A stretch of 59,500 nt of DNA, filler included. It is 6 parts of 6 records of this genome, joined end to end, with 100 filler letters (N's around TTAATTAATTAA, not from the genome) between each part and the next. Parts side by side here need not be neighbours in the genome. Positions count along the whole stretch, not along the records: positions 40,240 to 47,037 come from SRR31156797_18130; positions 47,138 to 52,715 come from SRR31156797_18131; 4 more parts are not named here. One strand, 5' to 3'. This document shows, piece by piece, positions 40,472 through 50,673 of the stretch; position 1 is the first letter of the stretch, and each line of letters opens with the position of its first letter. Position numbers and translations under genes: made by a program. A model generated the notes under the pieces. The model was not told the DNA's origin. It was given only the letters and a program-made list of their open reading frames with translations, and made no database searches.

Positions 40472-40846
40472 CTACTCATTTATATGTGACTGTTCTTCGG
40501 GATTAAATACATCTACACCCTGTAAATACTTTTTTGTTGCTCCCAGAACCGTTCCCGATAAACCAAGCACATGTAAAGTAATCCTTTTACCTTTCACACT
40601 GGTAATTGTGGCCAATACAGCACGGGTCTGCCAGACATGTTCCCTGTCACAACTGATGACGCCTTTGTTATCCTCAAAAGCAAAAAGCCATATATTGCAC
40701 TGGCTTGATCCGAGGTCTCCAAGTAAGTTCCCGGACACTGCGAATATTTCCCGTATTAGTTCATCCCTGCTTACAATCCCTTCGGATATGAGCTCAAAAG
40801 CAAGATATCTCTTGTTTTCACGTATGGTAGGTGGAAGGACTTTCAC
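40472..40846 (-). CDS. rnp2: RNase P protein Pop5/Rpp14
   Basis: [19 protein letters not shown]; operon position. Confidence 0.9.
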   Translation of the reverse strand: MKVLPPTIRENKRYLAFELISEGIVSRDELIREIFAVSGNLLGDLGSSQCNIWLFAFEDNKGVISCDREHVWQTRAVLATITSVKGKRITLHVLGLSGTVLGATKKYLQGVDVFNPEEQSHINE

Positions 40847-41568
40847 TTTTCATCACCCTTATCCAACTTGCGATCAACGATTTCCACGCCTTCATACACG
40901 TAGCTGGAAGAAGGGCGGTTCCTTGAAATGATAGTTTCTGGTGTATGGGAGAGACCACATACAGCTTCCTGCTGTGTCATTCCGAAAAGTAAAGCAAGGG
41001 CAATAAGTTCACGAGGGGCACGCAGGTCATAGCATGAGTGTGCATTACCAGTCAATACGAAAGGAACATCATATTTACGAACAAGTTTCAGGTCTTTCCT
41101 GAAATTGGACAATGCCCTTACTCTCCTGCCTCCTCGCTGTGATATGATCTCACTTAGGTCAAAAGAAACAGCAACATTGTTATCACTTGCTGATTTGGCA
41201 AGCACGTGATTTAAACCATTGTCTTTCATTGAGCCAAAATTAGAAAGAATATCAATGTTTGAATTTTCAACTGCTGCCCTGTTTATGCTTTCACTGCCTC
41301 CCCGGACAACAATTACATCAGTCATTTGGCGGTATTTTCCTGCAAGCCCATGCAATTTGGAGGCATTTTCAGGTATTAGTTCAACACCACTGAAAATTTC
41401 CACACCATCCATTACACTGGACTTTTCGGGTTTGCATGAATTAGAAGGATTAGTAATGGCAATACCTGCATAGCCAAAACGCTTTGCAAAGGCAGCCATT
41501 TCCATTATCGTGTTTTTACCTTCGGGGACAGTATGCACGTTCAAATCATAAAAACAGGTCTTAGCCAA
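40843..41568 (-). CDS. rnp3: RNase P protein Rpp30
   Basis: FYDLNVH; NRAAVE; GLNHVLAK; DLRAPRE. Confidence 0.92.
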   Translation of the reverse strand: MAKTCFYDLNVHTVPEGKNTIMEMAAFAKRFGYAGIAITNPSNSCKPEKSSVMDGVEIFSGVELIPENASKLHGLAGKYRQMTDVIVVRGGSESINRAAVENSNIDILSNFGSMKDNGLNHVLAKSASDNNVAVSFDLSEIISQRGGRRVRALSNFRKDLKLVRKYDVPFVLTGNAHSCYDLRAPRELIALALLFGMTQQEAVCGLSHTPETIISRNRPSSSYVYEGVEIVDRKLDKGDEK

Positions 41569-42013
41569 ACAATTCCTCCACTATGTGCCCCGCCTGAAGA
41601 CGGTTCTTGGGGTATGTGGCTATTTTCACCTTAACAGTAATAGCATCTGACGAAGAGCATAATACGATATTCCCAAGAAAAGCTGCCTGCTTATCAAATC
41701 TCATATGGAATAATTGCTCATCGTCAAGTCTGTCAGGCATCTCACTGCGCAGGATGTCAACATCTTCAGGGCTCATCTGTTCCCTGATATACCTGGCTAG
41801 CTTTACAGAGTCCGATTTGCGTGTAATCTGCGAACTGAGCATCACAGAAGAATTTCCGTAATGGCCTTCAATATCTGTTACTTCTACTAGTTCATCAGTA
41901 ACATCATCGGATTTGCCAATGGCATTCCGTAAAAATAAGTCCAGGGCAGCACGTACCCTGGAAAGATCCTCAGTTGAGTGCGCGATTACACGCAGGTTAA
42001 TATAGTGGATCAC
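41561..42013 (-). CDS. Archaeal RNA-binding protein (DUF54/COG1325-type)
   Basis: AHSTED..RV; EGHYGN; RFDKQAA. Confidence 0.85.
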   Translation of the reverse strand: MIHYINLRVIAHSTEDLSRVRAALDLFLRNAIGKSDDVTDELVEVTDIEGHYGNSSVMLSSQITRKSDSVKLARYIREQMSPEDVDILRSEMPDRLDDEQLFHMRFDKQAAFLGNIVLCSSSDAITVKVKIATYPKNRLQAGHIVEELFG

Positions 42014-42609
42014 TTGCCTCTGTTAAGGTTTGACCTGATACTTGGTCTGTTCTTCTCAGTACCTGTTCCACGTGACATCATACCTCTGCCCTTGCGGCCT
42101 GCACTGGTCTTACCGCGCTGTGCACGTCCCTTCTGGGTGTTTGCACAGATCCAGTTAAGATTCTTGTCACTCTTAATTACAGGGTGGCTTGGGTCTACGA
42201 GAATAACTTCGTACCACTTGGATTTACCGTCCTGGGCTACCCAGTAGGAGTTGAGTACTTCAAGATTTGGGAACTTCCTGCCAGCACGCTGTTCAGCAAT
42301 TCTCTGGATGCTCATTCCACCGCTGATCTTGTTCTTACCCATGCGCTGTGTACGTCTTCCACGGATGTATCTTGATTTTCTCAATCCGCCTCTGCGTACT
42401 TTTACGCGGGCTACGACAATTCCCTGCTTTGCCTTGTATCCAAGGGAGCGTGCACGGTCAATACGGGTTGGACGTCTTATTTTTGTGACTGATCCTTCTT
42501 TTCTCCATTCCTGGAGCCTTTCCCATCTAAGTTCATGGACATATGTGTTGTCCGGATCTTTCCATGCGTCTCTTACGTATGCATAATATGATTTTGACAA
42601 TTTATTCAC
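42010..42609 (-). CDS. rpl15e: 50S ribosomal protein L15e
   Basis: [34 protein letters not shown]. Confidence 0.97.
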   Translation of the reverse strand: MNKLSKSYYAYVRDAWKDPDNTYVHELRWERLQEWRKEGSVTKIRRPTRIDRARSLGYKAKQGIVVARVKVRRGGLRKSRYIRGRRTQRMGKNKISGGMSIQRIAEQRAGRKFPNLEVLNSYWVAQDGKSKWYEVILVDPSHPVIKSDKNLNWICANTQKGRAQRGKTSAGRKGRGMMSRGTGTEKNRPSIRSNLNRGK

Positions 42610-42625
42610 CTAAGTTTCATTTCTA

Positions 42626-42690
42626 GTTTCACGGTTCAGCTAATCTATATAAAAGCTACATTCCCACGGGACTTGTCCCGGCAATGAAAC
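42626..42690 (-). ncRNA. Putative eL15 ribosomal-protein leader RNA
   Basis: Minus strand: GTTTCA..TGAAAC closing stem, CGGGAC-AA-GTCCCG hairpin, TGGGAATGT-AGCT..AGCT-GAACC; sits between TATA box and rpl15e. Confidence 0.6.
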
Positions 42691-42714
42691 AGGACTACTA
42701 CTTAACGTGATTGG

Positions 42715-42729
42715 ATTTAAACCTTTGCA
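42715..42729 (-). promoter_or_regulatory. Archaeal BRE/TATA box of the rpl15e operon
   Basis: Minus strand GCAAAGG-TTTAAAT about 25 nt upstream of leader. Confidence 0.55.
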
Positions 42730-42864
42730 CAATTCAATTGAAAAAAGAGTATCAGAAATTCTGTGTTTTTTGCCATTAAGCTGACATTTGATATAAAAGT
42801 AATATAGCCTAAATACTCTTATTCAGTTTGTGCATGTCTTAGGTCTTACTAAGGTGAGGAATAA

Positions 42865-43158
42865 ATGAACCGGATGAAATTAAATTACTATATCGATCTG
42901 ATTTTGATAGTATTATTTCTGCTAGTTGCCGTCACAGGATTTGTTATGTATCTTGTGATACCATCTGGAGTACCAAGGGGAAGATATCAGGAATACCTCG
43001 GAATCACAAAAGCTACATGGACGCTCGTTCACAACACGTCTGCATTTTTGATGACTTTGTTCACAGGAATCCACTTTGCATTACATAGAAGATGGATGTA
43101 TTGCATCACAAGAACTATTCTCAAAAAAGAAGAAGATGATCAGTGCCAGATTAAGTAG
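42865..43158 (+). CDS. DUF4405-type small membrane protein (heme-b-binding-like)
   Basis: ID..L..LVAVTG; W..VH...IHFALH.RW; GGTGAGG RBS. Confidence 0.75.
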   Translation: MNRMKLNYYIDLILIVLFLLVAVTGFVMYLVIPSGVPRGRYQEYLGITKATWTLVHNTSAFLMTLFTGIHFALHRRWMYCITRTILKKEEDDQCQIK

Positions 43159-43180
43159 CACAAAAAGGAGCTGAGTATAC

Positions 43181-43942
43181 TTACTTGAACTTACTCAGAT
43201 CCTCGCCGGAGAGTAAAATGCCCGTTACATTGTCCTCTTTATCCTTCAGGACAACATCATACCAGCGCATAGGTATCTCCTTGCCGTCTTTATTGACTAC
43301 GGGATGTTCTATGAATTCGGGTAATTCGGATTCTTCTTCAAGTGCCTGGTTGAATTTATCCCTGAACTCCTCTTTTAATTCATCCGGCACAAGTGATTCG
43401 ATGAAATCATTTCCTATTAGTTCAAATTCTCCAAACCCTAAAACGTCATTACCCTTTGAATTTACAAGGTGTATCTTCATTTCCGTGTCAATGACAAAAA
43501 CAACGAACCCGGCAACATCCAGATAGTTCATTGCTTCGTTCCTTTCAGCAAGAATCTTATCCTGCAGGTGCTTGATTCTTAATAGAGACTTTACCCTGGT
43601 GACGAGTTCAAGTCGGTTTACCGGTTTACCAAGGAACTCATCGGCTCCAACTTCGATTCCCTTAATACGATCGTCCTTTCCAGATAACGCAGTAACCATT
43701 ACTACAGGCAGGAACTGTGTTTCCACAGAGGTCTTTAAAACTCTGCAAACTTCATACCCGTTCATATCAGGCATCATCACATCAAGGAGAATGATGTCTG
43801 GCTTTTCTGTCTTAACTTTCTCCAGTGCTTCCTGGCCGCTATAAGCAGGAATTACTTCATAGTCTGACTTAAGGTAAAGGCCCATCAACTCAACTATGGC
43901 TTGCTCGTCATCAACAATGAGTACTTTATCCCTATCTCGCAT
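43181..43942 (-). CDS. Response regulator (REC + PAS)
   Basis: VLIVDDE, LLDVMMPDMNG, VTA, KP; C-terminal PAS (NKDGKEIPMRW). Confidence 0.92.
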   Translation of the reverse strand: MRDRDKVLIVDDEQAIVELMGLYLKSDYEVIPAYSGQEALEKVKTEKPDIILLDVMMPDMNGYEVCRVLKTSVETQFLPVVMVTALSGKDDRIKGIEVGADEFLGKPVNRLELVTRVKSLLRIKHLQDKILAERNEAMNYLDVAGFVVFVIDTEMKIHLVNSKGNDVLGFGEFELIGNDFIESLVPDELKEEFRDKFNQALEEESELPEFIEHPVVNKDGKEIPMRWYDVVLKDKEDNVTGILLSGEDLSKFK

Positions 43943-44148
43943 GAATCGTAGGCTCCCTATTTGACAAGTAAATTAAATCTATAACTACAGTTATAAATTT
44001 AATGCTTACTTTTATTCCATGTTACCCAATTATTGTAAAATTTAAAATTTATATTTTACTATTAATTATATAGTTCTATCTACATATAAAGTTTAGGCTA
44101 CAGGAAAGAAAAACTCTCCCTGCAAAAATTGCTGCAAGGATTAAAAGA

Positions 44149-44343
44149 TGGGGTTGGTGAGATTCGAACTCACGATCGACGGGTCTCTCCGAACAGCTGC
44201 AAAAAACAGCTTAGGTTCTTGAGCACATATCAGTGCTCCAACGGTTCCTCACAAACCAACCCCGTCGGGTTAGTCTCAGTAGACCCGTTGTTCATCATTT
44301 ATCCGCTGGAGCCCATCGCCATGCCGGGCTAGGCCACAACCCC
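44149..44343 (-). tRNA. trnW: tRNA-Trp(CCA) with 121-nt intron at 37/38 (exon1 44306-44343, exon2 44149-44184)
   Basis: GGGGTTG acceptor / CAACCCC-A; anticodon loop CTCCAG|A; GTTCGAATC T-loop; bulge-helix-bulge CTCC/GGAG with AGC and AGA bulges. Confidence 0.95.
44185..44305 (-). ncRNA. Box C/D guide RNA within the tRNA-Trp intron
   Basis: C ATGATGA 44292-44298, D' CTGA 44276-44279, C' GTGAGGA 44246-44252, D CTGA 44230-44233; guides complementary to the pre-tRNA. Confidence 0.88.
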
Positions 44344-44412
44344 ATAAATTCGGGTAGTATCCCCTGAATAAATCTTATATGTTATATGCTTAGCGGTACT
44401 ACACGTTCTTCT

Positions 44413-45489
44413 TTATATGTTTTCATCAGCAACCCGGTTTAAATCCCCGAATTTGCATAATTCATCACAGAGTTCTTCTATTTTTAAGCGTAATTCTTCC
44501 ATACTGTAGCCGAACATATCAGTCAGGTAGATGGCACCGCCTGCACCAACTCCTTCTTTAACAAAACCAACTTCATATTGTTGCAGGCCTTTGAACCCGG
44601 ATTTTCCAAATTCCGGGTCAGCACCTTCGTACATTGCACCAATTTCCCCGGCAAGCTCACTGAAGTTGGCGGTTTCGTCCCTGACAACGTACGATGTTGT
44701 CACTATTTTGATATTATGAGTTGTATAACCCAGATGCTTGATAACAGCAAATATTGAAGCCATCTGTGTACCACCTGCAAGTATCACAGGTGTTTCTCCA
44801 AGTCCTGCAGCGATTCCTGCAACGGCTACCATCATAGGGTCTCCAACTGCTTCTATGGCCTGCAGGGGGTCGCCACGCATGGAGCCAAATGTAATTCCAG
44901 ATGAGTTTAAAGCTTCTTCAACAACCTGTTTTTTCAGGTTCAGCGGGTTTGAGTTGGAACTGCTGCTGACATTACCGTCATATCCCAATGCCTGAAGCAC
45001 AGCATTTGCAGTTGTGGTGCCTGCAGGAATACTTTCGCCTATGACAACAAGGTCATGTTCTTTTGCAAGTTTCTCTCCCAGCTTAAAAGCGTTCCTGAAT
45101 ACACCTTCAACACCATGTACAGCAACTGCTTTTCTTATGTCATCTCCTGGCTTGCCTCCAATGTCTACGAGAGGCACCTGCTTTGCCGGAAGGACACGTA
45201 ATCCTGAATTAACGAACATATGGGGTATGCCTGTTAGGGAAAGTGCTGCACGTGTGATAAGTGCAGGTGTAGGCGTGTCATATGGGGGTGTCATGGGAAG
45301 AATAGGAATATCGATGATAGTTCCTGTTTCAAGTACTTCCGCATCTCCGGCAGGTGTGTAGTCGGTCAATTTTGCAGTTTTACCTGCTGCAGAAAGCCCT
45401 TCTATATAGGCAGTCTCTGTGTTCCCGAGAACACACACAAATATCGGTTTTTCAGGTAACCGGACTTTTTCAGGTGCTGTTGTATCCAT
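44413..45489 (-). CDS. cobT: Archaeal nicotinate-nucleotide:benzimidazole phosphoribosyltransferase
   Basis: T.TA.I.GLSAAG; PTPALIT; GESIPAGTTTA; GDPM; LAGGTQM; YE.GFVKEGVGAGG. Confidence 0.88.
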   Translation of the reverse strand: MDTTAPEKVRLPEKPIFVCVLGNTETAYIEGLSAAGKTAKLTDYTPAGDAEVLETGTIIDIPILPMTPPYDTPTPALITRAALSLTGIPHMFVNSGLRVLPAKQVPLVDIGGKPGDDIRKAVAVHGVEGVFRNAFKLGEKLAKEHDLVVIGESIPAGTTTANAVLQALGYDGNVSSSSNSNPLNLKKQVVEEALNSSGITFGSMRGDPLQAIEAVGDPMMVAVAGIAAGLGETPVILAGGTQMASIFAVIKHLGYTTHNIKIVTTSYVVRDETANFSELAGEIGAMYEGADPEFGKSGFKGLQQYEVGFVKEGVGAGGAIYLTDMFGYSMEELRLKIEELCDELCKFGDLNRVADENI

Positions 45490-45542
45490 GCCAATCGCCT
45501 AGATGTATTTTACAGGGTGTATATGACCTTTTCCAGATAAAC

Positions 45543-46979
45543 TCAGTAAGTTCTTGCAACATATACCTGTGTATCTGAATCCGAGCCACAAACCGGACAT
45601 TTTCCGTAACATCCTTCTGTCTGTTCTGTAGGAATGCCCAGGATTCCTGCACCGATCTCATCCTCAATTTTAAGACCACATTCCTTGTTCCCACACCAGA
45701 ATATCTTTGCAATTCCCTGTGGAAGTTTCTCCTTGACGGTATCAAGATCCGTGCAGTCAAATACGCGCTCCTCTACGCCTGTTTTTGCCTTTTCGTAGAG
45801 ATTATCGTGTATTGAATCAAGCATGGAAAGAACTTCATCAGTGATATTGTCAAGTGATACCTGCTCCTTCTCGCCTGTGTCGCGGCGTGCAAGCATTGCT
45901 GCATTGTTTTTCAAGTCCCTTGGTCCCAGTTCCAGTCTGACAGGAACGCCTCGCATCTCCCATTTGTAGTACTTAGCTCCAGGGCGGTTATCGCTTGCAT
46001 CCATTTTAACACGAATTCCAAGAGCTTCCAGTTTGCTCTGGACTTCCTCACAGGCTTCAAGGACGCCTTCTGCCTTCTTGAAAATGATTGGGATAATTAC
46101 TACCTGTACAGGAGCAACCGCAGGAGGCAGCACCAGACCCTTGTCATCACCGTGTATGGAAATAAGGGCGGCTATGGAACGCTCGGAAACACCGTAGCAT
46201 GTCTGGAATGCATAGACCTGCTCGCCTTCTTCGTCTTCATAGGTAATTTCGAAGGTCTTGGCAAAGTTGTCACCAAGGTGGTGAGCCGTGCCTACTTGCA
46301 GGGTCTTACCATCCGGCATAAGCGCATCTGTGGCAATTGTATAATCAGCACCCGGGAACTTATCCCATTCCGGCCTCTTTGAAGCAAGGACAGGAACTGC
46401 AAGCTGGCGGTAGAACTCAGTGTATATCCGGATGGCTTCATCCACCTGTGCAGCTGCATCGTCCCATGTCGCATGGACTGTGTGTGCCTCTTTAAATGAG
46501 GTTATCTCACGGAGTCTGATCAGGGGACGTGTGTGTTTTGTCTCATACCTGAAGGTGTTAACTATCTGGTAGAGCTTAAGAGGCATGTCTGCGTGGGACC
46601 TAATCCATAATTTATACATTGGATAAATGGCAGTCTCACTTGTAGGGCGAAGTGCAAGCTTAACATCCAGTGGTGATGTTCCTCCATGTGTTACCCAGTA
46701 TACCTCGTCCTCAAATCCCTTGATGTGCTCAGCCTCTTTCATGAACTCATTCTCAGGGATAAGAAGTGGAAACATAGTTTCCTGATGATCCTTATCAAGC
46801 AGCTTACGCATGATGTCATAAACATTTCTTCTGATGTTAAAACCAAATGGGAACCATACGTAGAGTCCTTTGACCGGATAACGTACGTCCATGATCTCGC
46901 CTTTAAGCAGCAAGTCATTGTACCATTCACTGAAATTCTCTTTTGAAGGAAGCGCAGCCTCTTTTTCTTGCTCTGCCAT
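45543..46979 (-). CDS. proS: Proline--tRNA ligase (archaeal/eukaryotic type)
   Basis: [40 protein letters not shown]-terminal ARTY. Confidence 0.97.
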   Translation of the reverse strand: MAEQEKEAALPSKENFSEWYNDLLLKGEIMDVRYPVKGLYVWFPFGFNIRRNVYDIMRKLLDKDHQETMFPLLIPENEFMKEAEHIKGFEDEVYWVTHGGTSPLDVKLALRPTSETAIYPMYKLWIRSHADMPLKLYQIVNTFRYETKHTRPLIRLREITSFKEAHTVHATWDDAAAQVDEAIRIYTEFYRQLAVPVLASKRPEWDKFPGADYTIATDALMPDGKTLQVGTAHHLGDNFAKTFEITYEDEEGEQVYAFQTCYGVSERSIAALISIHGDDKGLVLPPAVAPVQVVIIPIIFKKAEGVLEACEEVQSKLEALGIRVKMDASDNRPGAKYYKWEMRGVPVRLELGPRDLKNNAAMLARRDTGEKEQVSLDNITDEVLSMLDSIHDNLYEKAKTGVEERVFDCTDLDTVKEKLPQGIAKIFWCGNKECGLKIEDEIGAGILGIPTEQTEGCYGKCPVCGSDSDTQVYVARTY

Positions 46980-47037
46980 TTATTCACCTTTATTACGTTG
47001 ATTTTGGCTACATTAACTAATACATTGCTTATAGGCA

Positions 47038-47137
47038 NNNNNNNNNNNNNNNNNNNNNNNNNNNNNNNNNNNNNNNNNNNNTTAATTAATTAANNNNNNN
47101 NNNNNNNNNNNNNNNNNNNNNNNNNNNNNNNNNNNNN
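47038..47137. other. Artificial contig spacer
   Basis: N44 + TTAATTAATTAA + N44. Confidence 0.98.
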
Positions 47138-47196
47138 AGGCACACGAGCGCTATGGCTCGCATGATCTTGGCCGTCAATTCGAGCCATCTTGTCAT
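47138..47196 (-). CDS. Probable TRAP small permease (DctQ) N-terminus, truncated
   Basis: MTRWLELTAKIMRAIALVC with GGAG RBS, directly downstream of DctP. Confidence 0.45.
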
Positions 47197-47274
47197 ATGG
47201 CGTGCTCCATAAAGGAAAATAGTGAACCGGACGAATTCACAGCCGTGTCTCCGTCCGGTTCAAAAGCCTGCTGG

Positions 47275-48252
47275 TTACCTGGTTTCCTGGATTCGTTTGA
47301 CCAGGTCTTTCAGTTCGGGCGTGGATACGAACTTGTCGTACACAGGCTTCATTGCGTCGATAAAAGATTGTTTGTCAACTTGCTCAACAATCTGGTTGCC
47401 GGCCTTGACGACCTTGGCCTTGGATTTTTCCACGCGTTCGTTCCACAGCTTCCGCATGACCGGGACGGATTCCATGGCCGCCTTTTTAACCAGCTTTCTG
47501 TCTTCTTCGGACAAGGAGTCCCAGAATTTCTTTGAACAGACCAGGACTTCGGGAGACATGGAATGCTGATCCAGGGTGTAATACTTTGCCACCTCAAAGT
47601 GGCGGGTGGATTCGTAGGAAGGCCAGTTGTTTTCAGCTCCGTCAATGACGCCAGTCTTCAGGGCTTCATAAACCTGGCCGAATTCCATGGGCGTGGCGTT
47701 GGCCCCCAAAGCCGTCATCATGGATACGAACAGGTCCGAATTCTGGACTCGAATTTTCAGGCCTTTCATGTCAGCCGGAGACTTGATGGGCCGCTTGGAA
47801 TTGTAGAATGAGCGGGCGCCAGAATCGTAAAAAGCCAGTCCGACCAAGCCGTGAGGTTTCATGGCGTCCAGTATTTCCTGGCCGATGGGGCCGTCCATAA
47901 CCTTGTACATATGTTCGGTGGAACGGAAAATGTAAGGTAGAGCCGGGATAGCCGTCTCAGGAATGATGCTGTTCAACGGCGCCATATTTACCCGGTTGAA
48001 TTCTATGGCCCCCATGATTGTCTGTTCAATAGTGTCCTTTTCTTCGCCTAGCTGACGACCGGCATATACCTTGATTTTGATGCGGCCGTTGGTCCATTTG
48101 TCCAATAGGCTCGCCATGTGCTTGACGGCTTCGACAGTTGGATAGCCGTCGGAGTGAGTGTCGGCGCTCTTGTATTCCGCCGCCGACGCTATAGCGCCAA
48201 AGCATAAGATCAATAAACCGGAAAGCAAGACCGCCAATACCTTTCGGGACAT
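47275..48252 (-). CDS. TRAP transporter substrate-binding protein (DctP), likely hexuronate-binding
   Basis: H.DGYPTV; QLGEEK; SGARSFY; KIRVQ; GVIDGAENN; GGGAGG RBS. Confidence 0.92.
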   Translation of the reverse strand: MSRKVLAVLLSGLLILCFGAIASAAEYKSADTHSDGYPTVEAVKHMASLLDKWTNGRIKIKVYAGRQLGEEKDTIEQTIMGAIEFNRVNMAPLNSIIPETAIPALPYIFRSTEHMYKVMDGPIGQEILDAMKPHGLVGLAFYDSGARSFYNSKRPIKSPADMKGLKIRVQNSDLFVSMMTALGANATPMEFGQVYEALKTGVIDGAENNWPSYESTRHFEVAKYYTLDQHSMSPEVLVCSKKFWDSLSEEDRKLVKKAAMESVPVMRKLWNERVEKSKAKVVKAGNQIVEQVDKQSFIDAMKPVYDKFVSTPELKDLVKRIQETR

Positions 48253-48338
48253 AACCAAATCCTCCCTTCATCTGTTTGTTTAAATTGCCGCAAAGCCTCA
48301 CGGCTTCGCCGTTCCCCAACTCCAGCCCTCTCCCGGGC

Positions 48339-49754
48339 TTATAACTTATATGCTTTCCTAGCCAGATTGCAGGCCAGATCCGCCGCTAGTTCATACGCTT
48401 CGTCTTCCTCCATTCTGTGTTCGGCCACAAGCCGGGCCAGGAACGAGCAATCCATTCTGCGGGATACGTCATGGCGGGCCGGAATGGATAAAAAGGCCCT
48501 GGTGTCGTCGTTAAAACCGACCGTGTTGTAAAAGCCGGCCGTTTCGGTCACTAGCTCGCGGTACCGGTTCATACCGTATGGGCTGTCAAAGAACCACCAG
48601 GCCGGACCGAGCTTTAAAGATGGATATACGCCTGCAAGCGGCGCCAGTTCCCGGCTGTACACTGTCTCATCCAGGGTAAACAGAATGATAGTAAGTTTAG
48701 ATTCGTTACCGAACTTGTCCAGCAATGGTTTAAGAGACCGGACATATTCCGTATGCATCGGAATATCAGCCCCTTTGTCTCTTCCAAAGTTTTGAAACAG
48801 GCGTGGATTATGATTGCGGAAAGATCCGGGGTGGATCTGCATGACCAGATCGTCATCCAGGCTCATGCGCGCCATCTCTGTGAGCATCTGGCCTCGGAAG
48901 AGTTCTGCTTCTTCCGATGTTGTCCGACCGGCCAGGGCTTTTTCAAAAAGTCTCTCGCATTCCGTTTTATCCAAGTCCGCGGTAAAGGCGCTGGGATGTC
49001 CGTGATCAGTGGATGTTGAACCCATTTCAATGAAAAATTCACGGCGTTTGGCCAAGGCCGCCAGATAGCCGTTCCAACTGGATGTATCCTCGCCGGTCAT
49101 CTCACCCAGTTGAGCTACGTTATCGGCAAATCCTTCAAAGTCAGGGTCAATCACGTTGTCAGGCCTAAAAGCCGTCAAGACGCGACCGCCCCAGTCGCTC
49201 TCCGCGATCGCCTTGTGATGACGCAAATCATCCAAAGGCGATTCCGTTGTGGTCAGCACTTCAATGTTAAACCGATCGTATAAAGCCCGGGCGCTGAATT
49301 CGGGGGCGCTCAGTTTCTCGTCAATCAGATCGAAAATTTCGTCCGCCGTATCGCTGCCAAGCCGTTTGCGAATATCGAAAATATGGTAAAAGACATGGTC
49401 GAGCCACATTCTGGATGGGGTTCCACGAAAAAGGAAGAAATGTTCAGCAAGTACGCGCCAGATTTTTCGAGGATCGGTCTCGACCTCCCGGCCGTCGATG
49501 CGGGGAACGCCCAGTTGCTCCAAGGATATCCCCTGGCTGTAAAGCATTCGATATAAGTAATGATCAGGCTTTATAAACAAGTCAGCAGGGTTGGAAAAAT
49601 TGACATTATCAGCAAACCAGGCCGGATCGGTATGACCATGGGGGCTGACAATGGGCAGATCCCTGACGCTTGAATACAAGCTGCGGGCAATGGACCTCAC
49701 CCCGGGATCAGGAGGAAACAACCGGTCCTCGTTCAAAACCCAAACATCTCCCAT
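48339..49754 (-). CDS. uxaC: Glucuronate (uronate) isomerase
   Basis: LPIVSPHGH; PDHY; MQIHPG; GPAWWFFD; GFNDDTRAFLSIPARH. Confidence 0.95.
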   Translation of the reverse strand: MGDVWVLNEDRLFPPDPGVRSIARSLYSSVRDLPIVSPHGHTDPAWFADNVNFSNPADLFIKPDHYLYRMLYSQGISLEQLGVPRIDGREVETDPRKIWRVLAEHFFLFRGTPSRMWLDHVFYHIFDIRKRLGSDTADEIFDLIDEKLSAPEFSARALYDRFNIEVLTTTESPLDDLRHHKAIAESDWGGRVLTAFRPDNVIDPDFEGFADNVAQLGEMTGEDTSSWNGYLAALAKRREFFIEMGSTSTDHGHPSAFTADLDKTECERLFEKALAGRTTSEEAELFRGQMLTEMARMSLDDDLVMQIHPGSFRNHNPRLFQNFGRDKGADIPMHTEYVRSLKPLLDKFGNESKLTIILFTLDETVYSRELAPLAGVYPSLKLGPAWWFFDSPYGMNRYRELVTETAGFYNTVGFNDDTRAFLSIPARHDVSRRMDCSFLARLVAEHRMEEDEAYELAADLACNLARKAYKL

Positions 49755-49771
49755 TTCATGTTTCCTCCCGG

Positions 49772-50500
49772 CTATTCGTCTTTTAACAGGTAGTTCTCCA
49801 CTTGTTCCAAATGCCGATGCATGGCATCGCGAGCGCCTTCCGGGTCCCGGCTCTTTATTTTTTCCAATATGAGATAGTGATCGCGGGCCGCCCGGCGAGC
49901 ATTTTGCGGCAGGCGCACTCGTTCGCAAATGGACGTAAAAATTGGATTGCGCATACTTTCCCACAACTGGTCCACAATGGATTGTAGGACAGTATTGTTG
50001 GTTGCCGAGGCGATAGAAAGATGAAAAAGGCGGTCGCCGTCTTCTTCATTTGTCACTCGCTGCAGGCCCCGCTCGATATCGGCTTCCATTTTTTCAATAG
50101 CGGCGCGAGCTTCCCCCTGGCCGGCCTGCGTCATCATGGTCGCTGCAACAAATGCGACTTCCCCCTCGATCATCCGCCGTGCGGCAATAATCTCAAATGG
50201 GCTCGGGCCCGGGTCGTCCTGCTCCAGAAGATTTACGGCCGACCCGTTTGAGGTTTTAATTACATATATGCCCGAACCGGTCCGCACTTCGACCATCCCC
50301 CTGAGTTCCAGGGCGATCATGGCCTCACGCACGGTAGGCCGGCTGACGCCCAGTTTCTGGGCCATCTCCCGTTCAGCCGGCAACCGGTCCGCGGGCTTCC
50401 ATTCACCCTTGTTGATCAACTCGGCGATCTGATCGGCAACCTGCTGATAAAGCCTTTTTGTTTCAATTGGCTGCAGAGGCATCAGTGATTTTGACTCCAT
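49772..50500 (-). CDS. GntR/FadR family regulator (ExuR/UxuR-like)
   Basis: RLYQQVA; LPAERE; GVSRPTVREA; FCD domain D..FH..IA. Confidence 0.9.
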   Translation of the reverse strand: MESKSLMPLQPIETKRLYQQVADQIAELINKGEWKPADRLPAEREMAQKLGVSRPTVREAMIALELRGMVEVRTGSGIYVIKTSNGSAVNLLEQDDPGPSPFEIIAARRMIEGEVAFVAATMMTQAGQGEARAAIEKMEADIERGLQRVTNEEDGDRLFHLSIASATNNTVLQSIVDQLWESMRNPIFTSICERVRLPQNARRAARDHYLILEKIKSRDPEGARDAMHRHLEQVENYLLKDE

Positions 50501-50534
50501 GGATGTTTCGATTTTTTTATTGCTATGACAGAGT

Positions 50535-50587
50535 GCTATAGCATGTTCAGGACAGGCTGTCAAGTGGCTAAGCGGCCTGACCAATTT
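50535..50587 (-). promoter_or_regulatory. Sigma-70 promoter plus FadR-type operator for gntR-uxaC-TRAP
   Basis: Minus strand TTGACA-N17-TATAGC (50563-50535); AAGCGGCCTGACCAATTT at 50570-50587 resembles the ExuR/UxuR ...ACCAATTT half-site. Confidence 0.5.
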
Positions 50588-50673
50588 TTTTTATTCAACC
50601 AAGTCAGGACAAGGATTTGTCTACTGTAGACCTTCCTGCTATGCTGATCATATCCGGATTGTGGAGGATTAAG

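Noticed and set aside
40472-43158. Pyrrolysine readthrough at TAG stops of rnp2 and the DUF4405 gene
   Set aside because: Both proteins are already full-length for their families
44129-44332. 67-aa ORF
   Set aside because: Overlaps the tRNA-Trp gene on the opposite strand
40240-47037. Archaea-to-bacteria horizontal transfer
   Set aside because: The archaeal block is a separate contig bounded by spacers
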